Part shown: positions 23,066-32,491 of the stretch, piece after piece
Layout of the letters: each line of letters begins with the position of its first letter
How positions within the stretch are numbered: position 1 is the first letter of the stretch
Source of the DNA: Aduncisulcus paluster
Taxonomy: Eukaryota
DNA: 32,491 bases
Assembly: GCA_024181965.1 (NCBI GenBank)
Contig: BQXS01012471.1
Location: 1-32,491, forward strand
Direction: 5' to 3'
Translations under genes and position numbers: made by a program
Notes under the pieces: model-generated
Databases searched by the model: none
The model's input: only the letters and a program-made list of their open reading frames with translations
Told to the model about the DNA's origin: nothing

Positions 23066-23518
23066 TTATAATAAGAATCAAATTGTTGAATTAGATTTGT
23101 TTCCGTTATAAAATCACAACGAGAAGTGTTGGTGCATAATTAAATAGAATGAGGGGTGAATAAATTGTTAGATTAAAGAAAAAGATAAAATATTTGTAGA
23201 AAAGAGCCAAAAAGTTGTATCTTCTTCTCAGAACGCCAAGAATGACCAATTTTAATTTGGTTTTGAAATTGAAGGAAACTTCAAAATAATAATTTAAATT
23301 TTAAAAAATCATATAGAAATTCGATTAGATTTTGATATTAAAGTTCATTATATTATCTGTTGTGGGTGAGAAAATTAGAACTATTTTTAGCTAGGGCAAA
23401 GACAAAAAATATAATCAGTTTTCATTTCATTGGTCACTCTAAAAAGGTGTTACCTTGGTTATAAATCTGGTTAAATTCTCTAATTTGACTAAAAATCGAT
23501 AAAATAAGCAAAATAACG

Positions 23519-23965
23519 ATGACTACCGATTCATTAATCAAATCACCTGTTAAGAGTCCCTTTGAGCCTTGCAAGCTGACGACTGGACAACAAAGCATTC
23601 TAGATCGTGCTATATCTGCGAGCAAGAGGGCATACTGCCCCTACAGCCATTTTTCTGTTGGTGCCTGTGTTGAAGATGAAAATGGAAATTTCTATGAAGG
23701 ATGTAACGTCGAAAATGCTTCTTATGGTCTTACCAACTGTGCCGAACGTACTGCAATCTTCTCAGGAGTGGCCAGCGGAATGAGAAAAATTCGGACGATA
23801 GCAATTGTTGCGGATACTCCCAACCCTGTCAGTCCATGCGGTGCTTGTCGTCAAGTTATTTCTGAGTTCAGTGATAAGAATACTGTCATTATTTTGGCCA
23901 ACATGAAAGGCAGTGCTGTTGTTATTTCCCTCAAAGATATTCTCCCCTATGGATTTGATCTTTAA
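23519..23965 (+). CDS. cdd: Cytidine deaminase (homotetrameric type), 148 aa
   Basis: AYCPYSHFSVGA, GCNVENASY, CAERTA, SPCGACRQ (three Cys Zn ligands), ILPYGF. Confidence 0.95.
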   Translation: MTTDSLIKSPVKSPFEPCKLTTGQQSILDRAISASKRAYCPYSHFSVGACVEDENGNFYEGCNVENASYGLTNCAERTAIFSGVASGMRKIRTIAIVADTPNPVSPCGACRQVISEFSDKNTVIILANMKGSAVVISLKDILPYGFDL

Positions 23966-24183
23966 AAGGCTCTATTGTTTCAATTATATATTTATATATA
24001 TATTCCTTTTTTTCTGTTTTTTGTTTTGCTTCATTCATTTTTATGCTTTTTGACACGTGTTTAACAGTGGAGAAACCACTTTTGTTTAGAGATTTCATTG
24101 GCTTCAAATTTCTCCGATTCATTTCCATTATAAAATAAAAAGACTCATCATGGCATGAGTCATGAGAATAGAAGATTTACCTA

Positions 24184-24237
24184 CTCGGTAATACCGAGAA
24201 ACTCCGAGTTTCAATGAGTCATTGAGTTTAACTCAAT
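24184..24237. repeat. Chain of four overlapping perfect inverted repeats with 1-nt centres
   Basis: ctcggta-a-taccgag (24184-24198), gaaactc-c-gagtttc (24198-24212), tcaatga-g-tcattga (24211-24225), attgagtt-t-aactcaat (24221-24237). Confidence 0.85.
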
Positions 24238-24943
24238 TCAATCAAAAGAGAAAATTAGAAACATCATTTTTGGTACTATGAAGTGGTAGCTTAAGGAAAA
24301 GCATGGTCAGCCTGGTAATAGTGCCGCTGTAGCAGTAGTGGTGAAGAAACATTAACTCCATTTTGGAAATTGTTTGAATCTGCTAAAACAGTCATAGTTT
24401 GATGATTATGAATTATTTCTATTCATTATAATGCATTTTTGCTTCAAATAATTCGCCAAAATAAACCTCAGAGGTTTTTTTTCATCGGTTTTCATTGCTT
24501 TATTAAATTTCCCCGGCATCATTGAAATCAAAAACAATGTGTTGAAACTATATTGAACGTATATGCTGATAGCAGCAAAATCTGCAAAAATTCTGAAGTT
24601 TCCTTTGTATTTCAGAAGATTCAACAAAACTTGCAATTTATTCGCGTTCACTTTATTCGAACAAGATTTTTCAGTTTTCTTCTATTGCATTCGATATTTT
24701 TTCATCTGTCATTGCCATTCCATTGCATTATCCACTGTTGTACAACCTGATGAGGATCATGCTGTTACTGTTTATAAACTTGATTGTTTTCGAGAAGGGA
24801 TTTTTACGAAATAATATTTTTCAATTTTTTTTTTGTATCATGTCTTTCTTTTTTGAGGTGATTTGAGCTTCATCCATCTCCACCGCAATTGAAATATCTA
24901 CCTTTTGAAGCAACATCATTTTCTTACACAATCAAATTAATCA

Positions 24944-26101
24944 AGTATGTAATTTTTAACCACTTAATTCTAAATATTACTATATTTTTTCCGCAATTTT
25001 CCCTGGATACTCACTTTGCACCATTTTCCTATTTCAGTGAAATCCGACAAAATTCTCGAAGTTCTTGGAGTCCACACCGTTATCCCTCACATTGTTAACA
25101 ATTGGGACGATGTTAAAGACATTTTCAAGGATTGTCCCCTCGTTACTCTCAACCGGGGTAAAATACCTCCTTACATCATTGCTTGTGGGGATAGAAACCG
25201 CGTTGAGTATATTTCTGGACTCCTTGATGAAGGAACTGCTGTTCTCTTAAATGAACGCATGAAAGCTCATGGTAAACCAGCTGGTCGTGTTGCAGTTGCC
25301 CTCGGAACTTACAAAGGTGTCCCCGTTGCTGTGTTTGAGCACTTGATGGGAACTCCTTCTGTTGAAATCCTTGTAAAAGAAGTCACCAGCCCTGAATATT
25401 GTGCTGTTCACGAGCCATACAAGGTCCCAACCACCGTTTTCAGACCTCCTGAAGTTGTCCACCTCGTTCGTGTTGGATCCTGCGGAGGAGTGAACTCTCC
25501 TGATTCTCCTGAACTTTCAGTTGTCCAATGCGGTGATATTATTATCATGAACAAAGTTATTGGGGTTACCGGATGTGATATCCAATCCATTACTGGTTCT
25601 CTCGATCTCTTGTCAACTAAGACAGTTGAAAAGGCCCGTGCGACATTGCTTGACTTAGGTTTTGAAGAGGAAGGTGATGACAAGATCCTTGTGAAGAAGA
25701 GCGATCCGGGAGTTTCTAGTAAGCTCTCTGCTGGGGCCGTTGCTGCTCGTGCGAAGCTTGTTAAGGATTTCCCTGTGGATCCTGAGCATAAATTCACCAG
25801 TCATGTCCTCGGATACACATCCAAAGACTCACTCTATTGTGAATCGAACGAGGAAGAATTCATGGCACTTCGTAAAGACCATGGAGTGGCTTGTTCTGAG
25901 ATGGAAGCCAGTTGTCTGGTGCGTCTTTCCGCTCAACGTGAGGTCAGCAGTGCCCCTCTACGTGCAGGCGCTGTCTGTGGTGTAATTGGTGCCATCCCAG
26001 GAGAGAGTTTCTGTTCTGATCGATCTGTTATCAAATCTGCCGTCACGTGGGCCTGTTATACTGGTCTTGAGGGAGTTTGTGGGTTTGCTAAAATGCTCTA
26101 A
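24944..26101 (+). CDS. Uridine phosphorylase-like nucleoside phosphorylase (NP-I family); exons 24944 and 25038-26101 (354 aa)
   Basis: CGDRNRV, HLMGTPS, RVGSCGG, KDSLY, SEME motifs. Intron 24945-25037 (GTATGT...tttcAG) creates A|TG AAA TCC. Confidence 0.82.
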
Positions 26102-26588
26102 TTCTATATTTCTACTTGTATCTTTTAACTTATTGATATTAATATTAATATTAATATTAATTTAGTTATATACTCGCTTTGATTGTTTTTTAGTATTATC
26201 TTTTTCATATTCTCATTGTTTGAGATTTTGATGGTTATCTTTTTTAGAATGAGTACCCAAACCAGCTTTTCTATTATCCTTTTCACCCTTTTTTTGCTGT
26301 CAATTCAGTTATCTTCATTTCTTGTCATTAATTTTTATATTTTAATCATATTGATGCAAGATAATGAAGTCCAATTGTACTTTTTATCCTTGTTCAGCAA
26401 GTAAATTTACATTTGCCACACATCTCAAGTGTTTGCCTTCTCAAGGCGTTTTCTCGTGTGTTTCTAATCAAAGATAATTTTATCATTTCATTGGCGAGAA
26501 TAAAAGTTTTAGTTAAATTTAAGATATAATCATACCATTAAATGTAAATATTTTTATAAATAAAACAGATGAACTAAAATTTGAAATT

Positions 26589-28096
26589 ATGACGGCTTTG
26601 GCCAACAAAAAAATAATGACAAGTGAATGTATGTATATTATATTGCATGGAAGCCTTAAATACTGATAAATTATTCTCTAATATTTTCTGTTTCACCTAT
26701 ATCTATAAAACCTTCAGCTCAACTTGCAATTTCCAGATTGGATCTTCAAGAAGGGATGAAATATGTATACGATGCGTCTAAAAAGTTAATGATACCGTTT
26801 GAACAATCAATAGATGAGCTAAAACAGAATCTTGAAAAATTCAAATCTTCCATGATTGGATCTGAAGAAATACGTAAAATAGAAGAAAAAATTAAAGATA
26901 AAAGTAGGGATTACGATAAGATTTGGGCGAAACTTAGGAGTTTTGAAATTCATTTGGAAGAGTTAGAGGTTACTTATAACCATATCAATTTAACATCAAA
27001 TCTTCTGGCATTATCAATTGATTTAACCGTTAAAACGGCGGAGAAAAAGTTAAGAGAAGTTATAGCAAAATCATTTGATGCAATGGAACTGAAAGATAAA
27101 GAAATATCGGCTAAAGTAGAGGATATTCGACAAAATCTTGTTGATCAATTAAAAGAGCCCTTAAAAGCCATTGTTCTTGATGAATGCGATGGCGATATTT
27201 CTAAAATTATTTCAAATCATGTTTCAAAGATTGATTCGTCCATTAAATCTCAAGTATCTGCTTTTTCCGAACGTCTTTCGAAGGTGGAGAATTACATTGA
27301 TTCTTCGCATCCGCCTCTCCATGGAGAAACCTTTTCGATATCGTCTACTCATGGAAAAGGAGAAGAAGAGGAAGTAGAGGAAGAACAGGAAGAACAGGAA
27401 GAGGAACTAAAAGAGGAACTAAAAGAGGAAGAGAGAGAAGGAAAAAAGAAAGAATCAAATTCTTCCATATTAATTGTGAATACTGAAGCAGGTGACAAAC
27501 AACCTTGTTCTTCTGCTATCATCTCGATGAGTCATAAAGTAGCCTCGTTAGAGAAAGAGAATCGTGATTTACATTCAACTGTGTCATCTCTTCAAGAATC
27601 AATCAAAATATTATTTGAAAGAGATCAAAAAAGAGAAGAAGAAACATCCAAATGTATCCAAGATATTCGAACCGAATTGATGGAAGAATTAGCTCGAAAG
27701 GACAAAGAAAGAGAGGAAGAATTCCAGAAAAGAGACGAAACGATGCAATCCACTCACGAGAAAATGGTAGAAATGTTGCAACTTGTTACTCAAGCTCAGC
27801 ATGTTGATTTATCGTCCCCTATAAAGCAACTAGAGATGCGCGTACGTGATCTGGAATCGATTATTCAAAATGATAAGTTGGATGATGAAGAGGACGAAAG
27901 ACTGTCAAAATACATTTCTCCCAAAGAAGTCAAACAAGAACTTGACAAGACTAGAGATGCCATGAAAAAGATTATTATCAACATTCAATCGTTTATGCAA
28001 AAGATAATTAAAGAAATGGAGCGGATCAATGGCCAGGTGATCCATAAATTGGGCGAGAAAGAAACTCGAGATCTCCTTGGAACTGAGTTTGAATAG
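26589..28096 (+). CDS. Coiled-coil hypothetical protein; exons 26589-26628 and 26718-28096 (472 aa)
   Basis: 89-nt phase-1 intron (GTATGT...ctctaat...ccttcAG) links ATG 26589 in frame to ORF 26738-28096; E/K-rich heptads. Confidence 0.75.
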
Positions 28097-28247
28097 CTTT
28101 GCAACAGCAATAATTATTTACTGAAGATTTCGTATAATTAATAAAATATTTGACGAAATTTAGGAATTCTTTCGATGCAATGTCACAAATTATAACGTTA
28201 CAAGCTTTGGGAGGAATCGAAAGAATGTAATCGGCGAAAATCGATAT

Positions 28248-28840
28248 TTACCTGATCTTCCATATAATATAGACCATATTTTTCGATCCTCTTTGCAAAT
28301 TGCATGGATAATGGGCCAATTTGGACATATTATTTATCAAGAATCTTAATATAGATACATGTTCCAAATAACATTGAATTGCTTTGACATCCTTGTACAT
28401 AATACGATTGTTTGTTCCAAAAACAATCATTTGATTCGTTCAGATGGCGTCAAAGAGGGCTAACAATTGTGTATTTTATAATCTGTCTCTGATCTCTGAC
28501 TTTACACACAATACATTCAACATCGTGTTCAGTACTTTTCCCAATCTTGGTAGACAATCAATAAAAGTCTTGATAAGGTGATCAAGTTTAGAATCAGGCA
28601 GATGGATAACATTTCTTCCCCTGTCATGTCTAACAAATAGTCTTAAACACCGGAAACAAAGCACAATCCCCTCCTTGTGTTCTTCGATTTCACTTTTCGA
28701 TTGATATTTGAATGAGGAAAAGAATACATCGCCTTAAAATGCTTATCATAGAGTTCAGACGTCGATTTTGAATCGGACAAATCTCTGGCAGATATCGAGT
28801 TTGATGAAGCATCAGTGTGGGTTAGATTCGTTACAGACAT
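28248..28840 (-). pseudogene. Degenerate coding remnant of a helical protein
   Basis: Protein-like text continues across frames (SELYDKHFKAMYSF / KSEIEEHKEGIVLCFRCLRLFVRH..LIKTFIDCLPRL) with frameshifts and stops. Confidence 0.4.
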
Positions 28841-29269
28841 ACATATTGCATCGCTTTCCGAGAACTTGATATTTTTGATTGCAAGCAAAAGCAAGTGAAA
28901 ATGAACTGAAAGGCAAGTATACGGATAGAAATGACAATAAAATATTTCTTTATAATCGTATAGCATTGAAATCATTCATAAATGTTTGTTAACTTTTCTA
29001 TCTTGTCTATTAAAGGTTGTATGTTCAACAAATTTTGGACAACATCTTTTCCGGCGGTAAAAACAAATTGTATGTTTAATATATGTCACATCTTTTATTA
29101 AACGATCATTGAGAAATATTTTAATCAATGTCTTCAAATTATACCCACTATATTATGCTGTTTGGTCGTTTCTTGTTCATTTTTGTCTTTTTCTCGGACT
29201 GTTCTATTTGAAATTCGCAATTATTCTGCTTGTTTTAATTTTTTTAGATAATATTCTATCTCTATTCAA

Positions 29270-30367
29270 ATGAGTTTATCCACAGATGCTGTAATTCAAA
29301 CTGTGGAACCTGAGATTATTCATGAAGGAAATGAGTGGTGCTGTCCAATTCCTAGAGATTCCCCCAATATTAAGAGTTCAGAGTTTCCAAGTATCAAAGC
29401 AATCAATGAAACCAAGGAAGAAGATGACGAAGAGTATGATCAAAGTGTCGAAGCACAAGATATGATGAAAGGAGAGGTTAATAATGGTCACTTTACCCAT
29501 ATATCCATTCCTTTCTCCTCATCTTCTCAAATGAAAGGAGCTTTTATATGTCTGAATGGTTTGATAAGCACTCCATCACATCTTATCTTCACCCTTACAT
29601 CTTCAAAGGGTGATAAAACTTCCAAAAAATACGAATTTTATAAATTTGAGGATTGGTACTGGTATTTCCTTCCTGTTGATCTCCCTGATGTTGTTTTGTG
29701 TGAGATTACAGGGAAAGGAAGACAGCAAGAGTATTTTTGTATCCGCTCCCTTGTTTTCATTCGGGAAGAATCTTATGAAGAAATCAAAGCTCGTGAAGCC
29801 AGAGAGAAACTATGGTCTGAAACTCCAGTTGTGAAAGCAGAGTTTGTTAAGGAAGGAGATGAAGAATCTGATGGTAGGGATTCTATTCCCATTACAGGTG
29901 ATGATCCAAAGCTTGTAGATCCTTCATTCTCAATGGCTAAGTGCAAGAATGATGCGTATAGTAAGGAATCTAAGGAGTATGATAAGAGTTCAGAAGCACA
30001 AAGAATGTTAAAATGGGAAGATTATGTATTTTTATCCCATCTTTCCATTCCTTTTCCATTACCTAGTCCTATGAAAGGTGCTTATATCTGTGTGAATGAT
30101 GATTACAGTTCCCCATTTCTTCTCTTCACTTTCACTGATTGTGATGGCAAGAAGACATTCAAGAAGTATGAATTCACAAGACCTAAACATAAATATGAAT
30201 GGCACTTCCTTCCTATTGATTTGATGAATGTTGTATTGTGTGAGATTGAAGGGAAAGGGCAGTGGAATGAAAAGAAAGGTCGAGATTTCTGTATCGACTC
30301 CCTTGTATTTACTATGCCAGAAGAAATTATTGCAGCTGAACGACTATCTCTACTTCCATGGAAATAA
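29270..30367 (+). CDS. Unknown two-domain family protein, copy 3, 365 aa
   Basis: Colinear paralogue of copies 1 and 2, ends IIAAERLSLLPWK*; tttttttAG 22 nt before the ATG. Confidence 0.87.
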   Translation: MSLSTDAVIQTVEPEIIHEGNEWCCPIPRDSPNIKSSEFPSIKAINETKEEDDEEYDQSVEAQDMMKGEVNNGHFTHISIPFSSSSQMKGAFICLNGLISTPSHLIFTLTSSKGDKTSKKYEFYKFEDWYWYFLPVDLPDVVLCEITGKGRQQEYFCIRSLVFIREESYEEIKAREAREKLWSETPVVKAEFVKEGDEESDGRDSIPITGDDPKLVDPSFSMAKCKNDAYSKESKEYDKSSEAQRMLKWEDYVFLSHLSIPFPLPSPMKGAYICVNDDYSSPFLLFTFTDCDGKKTFKKYEFTRPKHKYEWHFLPIDLMNVVLCEIEGKGQWNEKKGRDFCIDSLVFTMPEEIIAAERLSLLPWK

Positions 30368-30805
30368 CCAGTTGTTTGGCAAATGTCTGATATGAATTAC
30401 ATCATAATGACAGATGCAGATGTTGATTGGAGATGTTAGAGTTGTTGAAGGAGACATGTGATAGAGTTGCTTTGACTGTTGAGAATGTACATGAGATTCT
30501 GAATGATTCAACGTTCAANNNNNNNNNNNNNNNNNNNNGGAAAGGGCAGTGGAATGAAAAGAAAGGTCGAGATTTCTGTATCGACTCCCTTGTATTTACT
30601 ATGCCAGAAGAAATTATTGCAGCTGAACGACTATCTCTACTTCCATGGAAATAACCAGTTGTTTGGCAAATGTCTGATATGAATTACATCATAATGACAG
30701 ATGCAGATGTTGATTGGAGATGTTAGAGTTGTTGAAGGAGACATGTGATAGAGTTGCTTTGACTGTTGAGAATGTACATGAGATTCTGAATGATTCAACG
30801 TTCAA
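30252..30805. repeat. Duplicated sequence either side of a 20-N gap (30519-30538); probable scaffolding overlap
   Basis: 30252-30518 is repeated from 30539. Confidence 0.85.
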
Positions 30806-31451
30806 CATTCAACATTGAGAGATAAAAGGAAGCAGTAAAAACAAAACAATACGATACATTATCAGCCCATCTTAGGAATCAGAATCGAGTTCCTTTCGAA
30901 TGTCAAAATGTTTTATTTCCATGTCCAATCATCTTGGTCAGCTATAGTAGGCATCTAACACCTGGGCCATATGCACCAATGAACGAGATAAATGTATCAA
31001 TCCAGCATTTTGACATATGATAGACTATGATTCAACGTTTTACTATTTAGGACAGCTCTATTGCTTATGGCAATGCTTTGAATCGTCAATCTTATTAGCT
31101 CCGCTGGAGTGGCCATGCCACTTCAGAAACTATCCACAACCACCGTCTCCTATTTCCTTTTACTCACCGTTCGTGTGCATCTCGTAGGCGTGGTTTGGTA
31201 TAGATAGTGGGCAGATTTAAGTGAGTTTTATTTGGTGACTTCCAACCTTTCTATAGTCTCTATAGATAAGCTGCTCATGCTCTTCCCATACTGTTCTCCG
31301 AGATTATGGGCCTTTTTCTTTACGTCCCCTTCACCCATGTCCAATTATCTTCCAAATTCCGCTAGGAAAAAAATAAAGCGTGATTTAGGTTCTTAGAGCA
31401 AGGGATCCCTTACAGACCAACAAAAATAAAAATAAAAATAAATTAAAATCA

Positions 31452-32491
31452 TTAAAAACTCCTATCCCTACAACTTTTCTCGATGAATCTGTTTTTCGAA
31501 TTCACGCGGATATGCAGAGGCTGTGGGAAACAGCTTTGCTGCGAGGGTATAGAATACAACCTACATTGACGAAAGAACTCTTTCTTCATTCGTTCCACAC
31601 GACGCATATTCCATTTATGATCGGAGTCGTTCTTCATGCATTTCAGAGCACACAAGATAGAAGGTGAAGATGACTCAGGATAATCAATACGAGCAAGGAT
31701 AACATCACCAAATCCACCACTTCCAATGATACAAAGTGGAGTTATGTCAGAATAAGATGTCAAAATCTTAGGATTGGGAGTAATAGTCAAGGCTGGTATA
31801 TATTTACCAGCCCAGATTAATCCCCAATGGCAACTCCAATATCCCTCTTCTTTCTGCTTCTTGCTTTTCGAGTTCTTCGAGTTTTTCTCTCTTCCTCTTC
31901 TCTTCTTCAAACATTATTCGGTATTGTTCAGTTTTCTTTTCCTCCAATTTTCTTTTTCTTTCCACTTTTATCCTTTCCAATTCTTCCTTCTTCTTCTTTT
32001 GCTCCAATTTTCTTTTTCTTTCAGCTTCTTGCTTTTCCAACTCTTCCTTCTTCTTCTTCTTTTCCTCCATTTTCCTTCTTATTGCTGTTTCCATCTTTTC
32101 GAGTTTTTCTCTCTTCTTCTTTTCTTCTTCAAACATTATTCGGTATTGTTCCGTTTTCTTTTCCTCCAATTTTCTTTCAGCTTCTAGCCTTTCCAATTCT
32201 TCTCTATTCTTCTTCTCATCAATACTTGTTTCAGATTTTCGATGACTCAAACTATTAATCCATCCTTCCGTAAGCACAACACTTGGAATCGAATCTTCAT
32301 CAACAATGCTTCCAGTATCACCTTTATGCTTGGCAAGCTGAGCCTTCACAATATCGTCAATGGATGGACATTTCCACCCTTCTCCAATCTTTGGAAGTAA
32401 ACGTTTGATGGATTGAACTTTCTCACAGGCTTCGTGAACACTCATACGTTCATCGATATCCAGCTTTGTCAATCCTTGGAACACTTCGTTC
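31452..32491 (-). pseudogene. 3' part of a tandem-kinase gene: end of kinase 1, coiled-coil repeats, frameshift, truncated N-lobe of kinase 2 (runs off the window)
   Basis: RMSVHEACEKVQSIKRLLPKIGEGW matches the tail of the 12010 kinase. The second frame has PLCIIGSGGFGDV, CALKCMK and KEF but stops before HRD. Confidence 0.7.
31850..32215 (-). repeat. Coding E/K/R-rich repeats, 222-bp period
   Basis: LEEKKTEQYRIMFEEEKxKREKLE occurs twice (aaacattattcggtattgtt at 31909 and 32131). Confidence 0.8.

Noticed and set aside
24747-24811. ctgatgag...cgaaa hammerhead-like core
   Set aside because: Stems II and III cannot be formed.
493-30367. Diversity-generating retroelement explanation for the variable family
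   Set aside because: No reverse transcriptase or template repeat in the window, and differences are not confined to adenines.
30427-30654. 75-aa ORF suggesting a fourth family copy
   Set aside because: Spans the N gap and repeats the end of copy 3; scaffolding overlap.
239-30908. Copies 1 and 3 as terminal inverted repeats of a giant element
   Set aside because: Interior holds housekeeping genes (CCT5, HMGR); no transposase, integrase or polymerase; the coding parts are diverged.

Overview
AT-rich, gene-dense eukaryotic (protist) genomic scaffold with two 20-N gaps. Short GTATGT...AG spliceosomal introns, a bacterial-type class II HMG-CoA reductase and divergent expanded kinases point to a free-living fornicate/metamonad such as Aduncisulcus (inference, not confirmed). 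Recognisable genes are CCT5, class II HMGR, a thioredoxin with a WSGPC site, cytidine deaminase, a uridine-phosphorylase-like enzyme, a ComEC-type metallo-beta-lactamase-fold protein, a RING/Zn-finger multipass membrane protein, a multipass-membrane protein kinase (split by exact tandem duplications), two coiled-coil proteins and a broken tandem kinase at the right edge. The most interesting signals are: (1) three dispersed copies of an unknown two-domain ~360-aa family with aromatic hypervariable loops in a conserved frame and mosaic sharing of segments and flanks; (2) an intron that splits the ATG of the phosphorylase; (3) a cdd + phosphorylase salvage pair separated by a chain of overlapping palindromes. 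No tRNA, rRNA, CRISPR or intact mobile element was seen.
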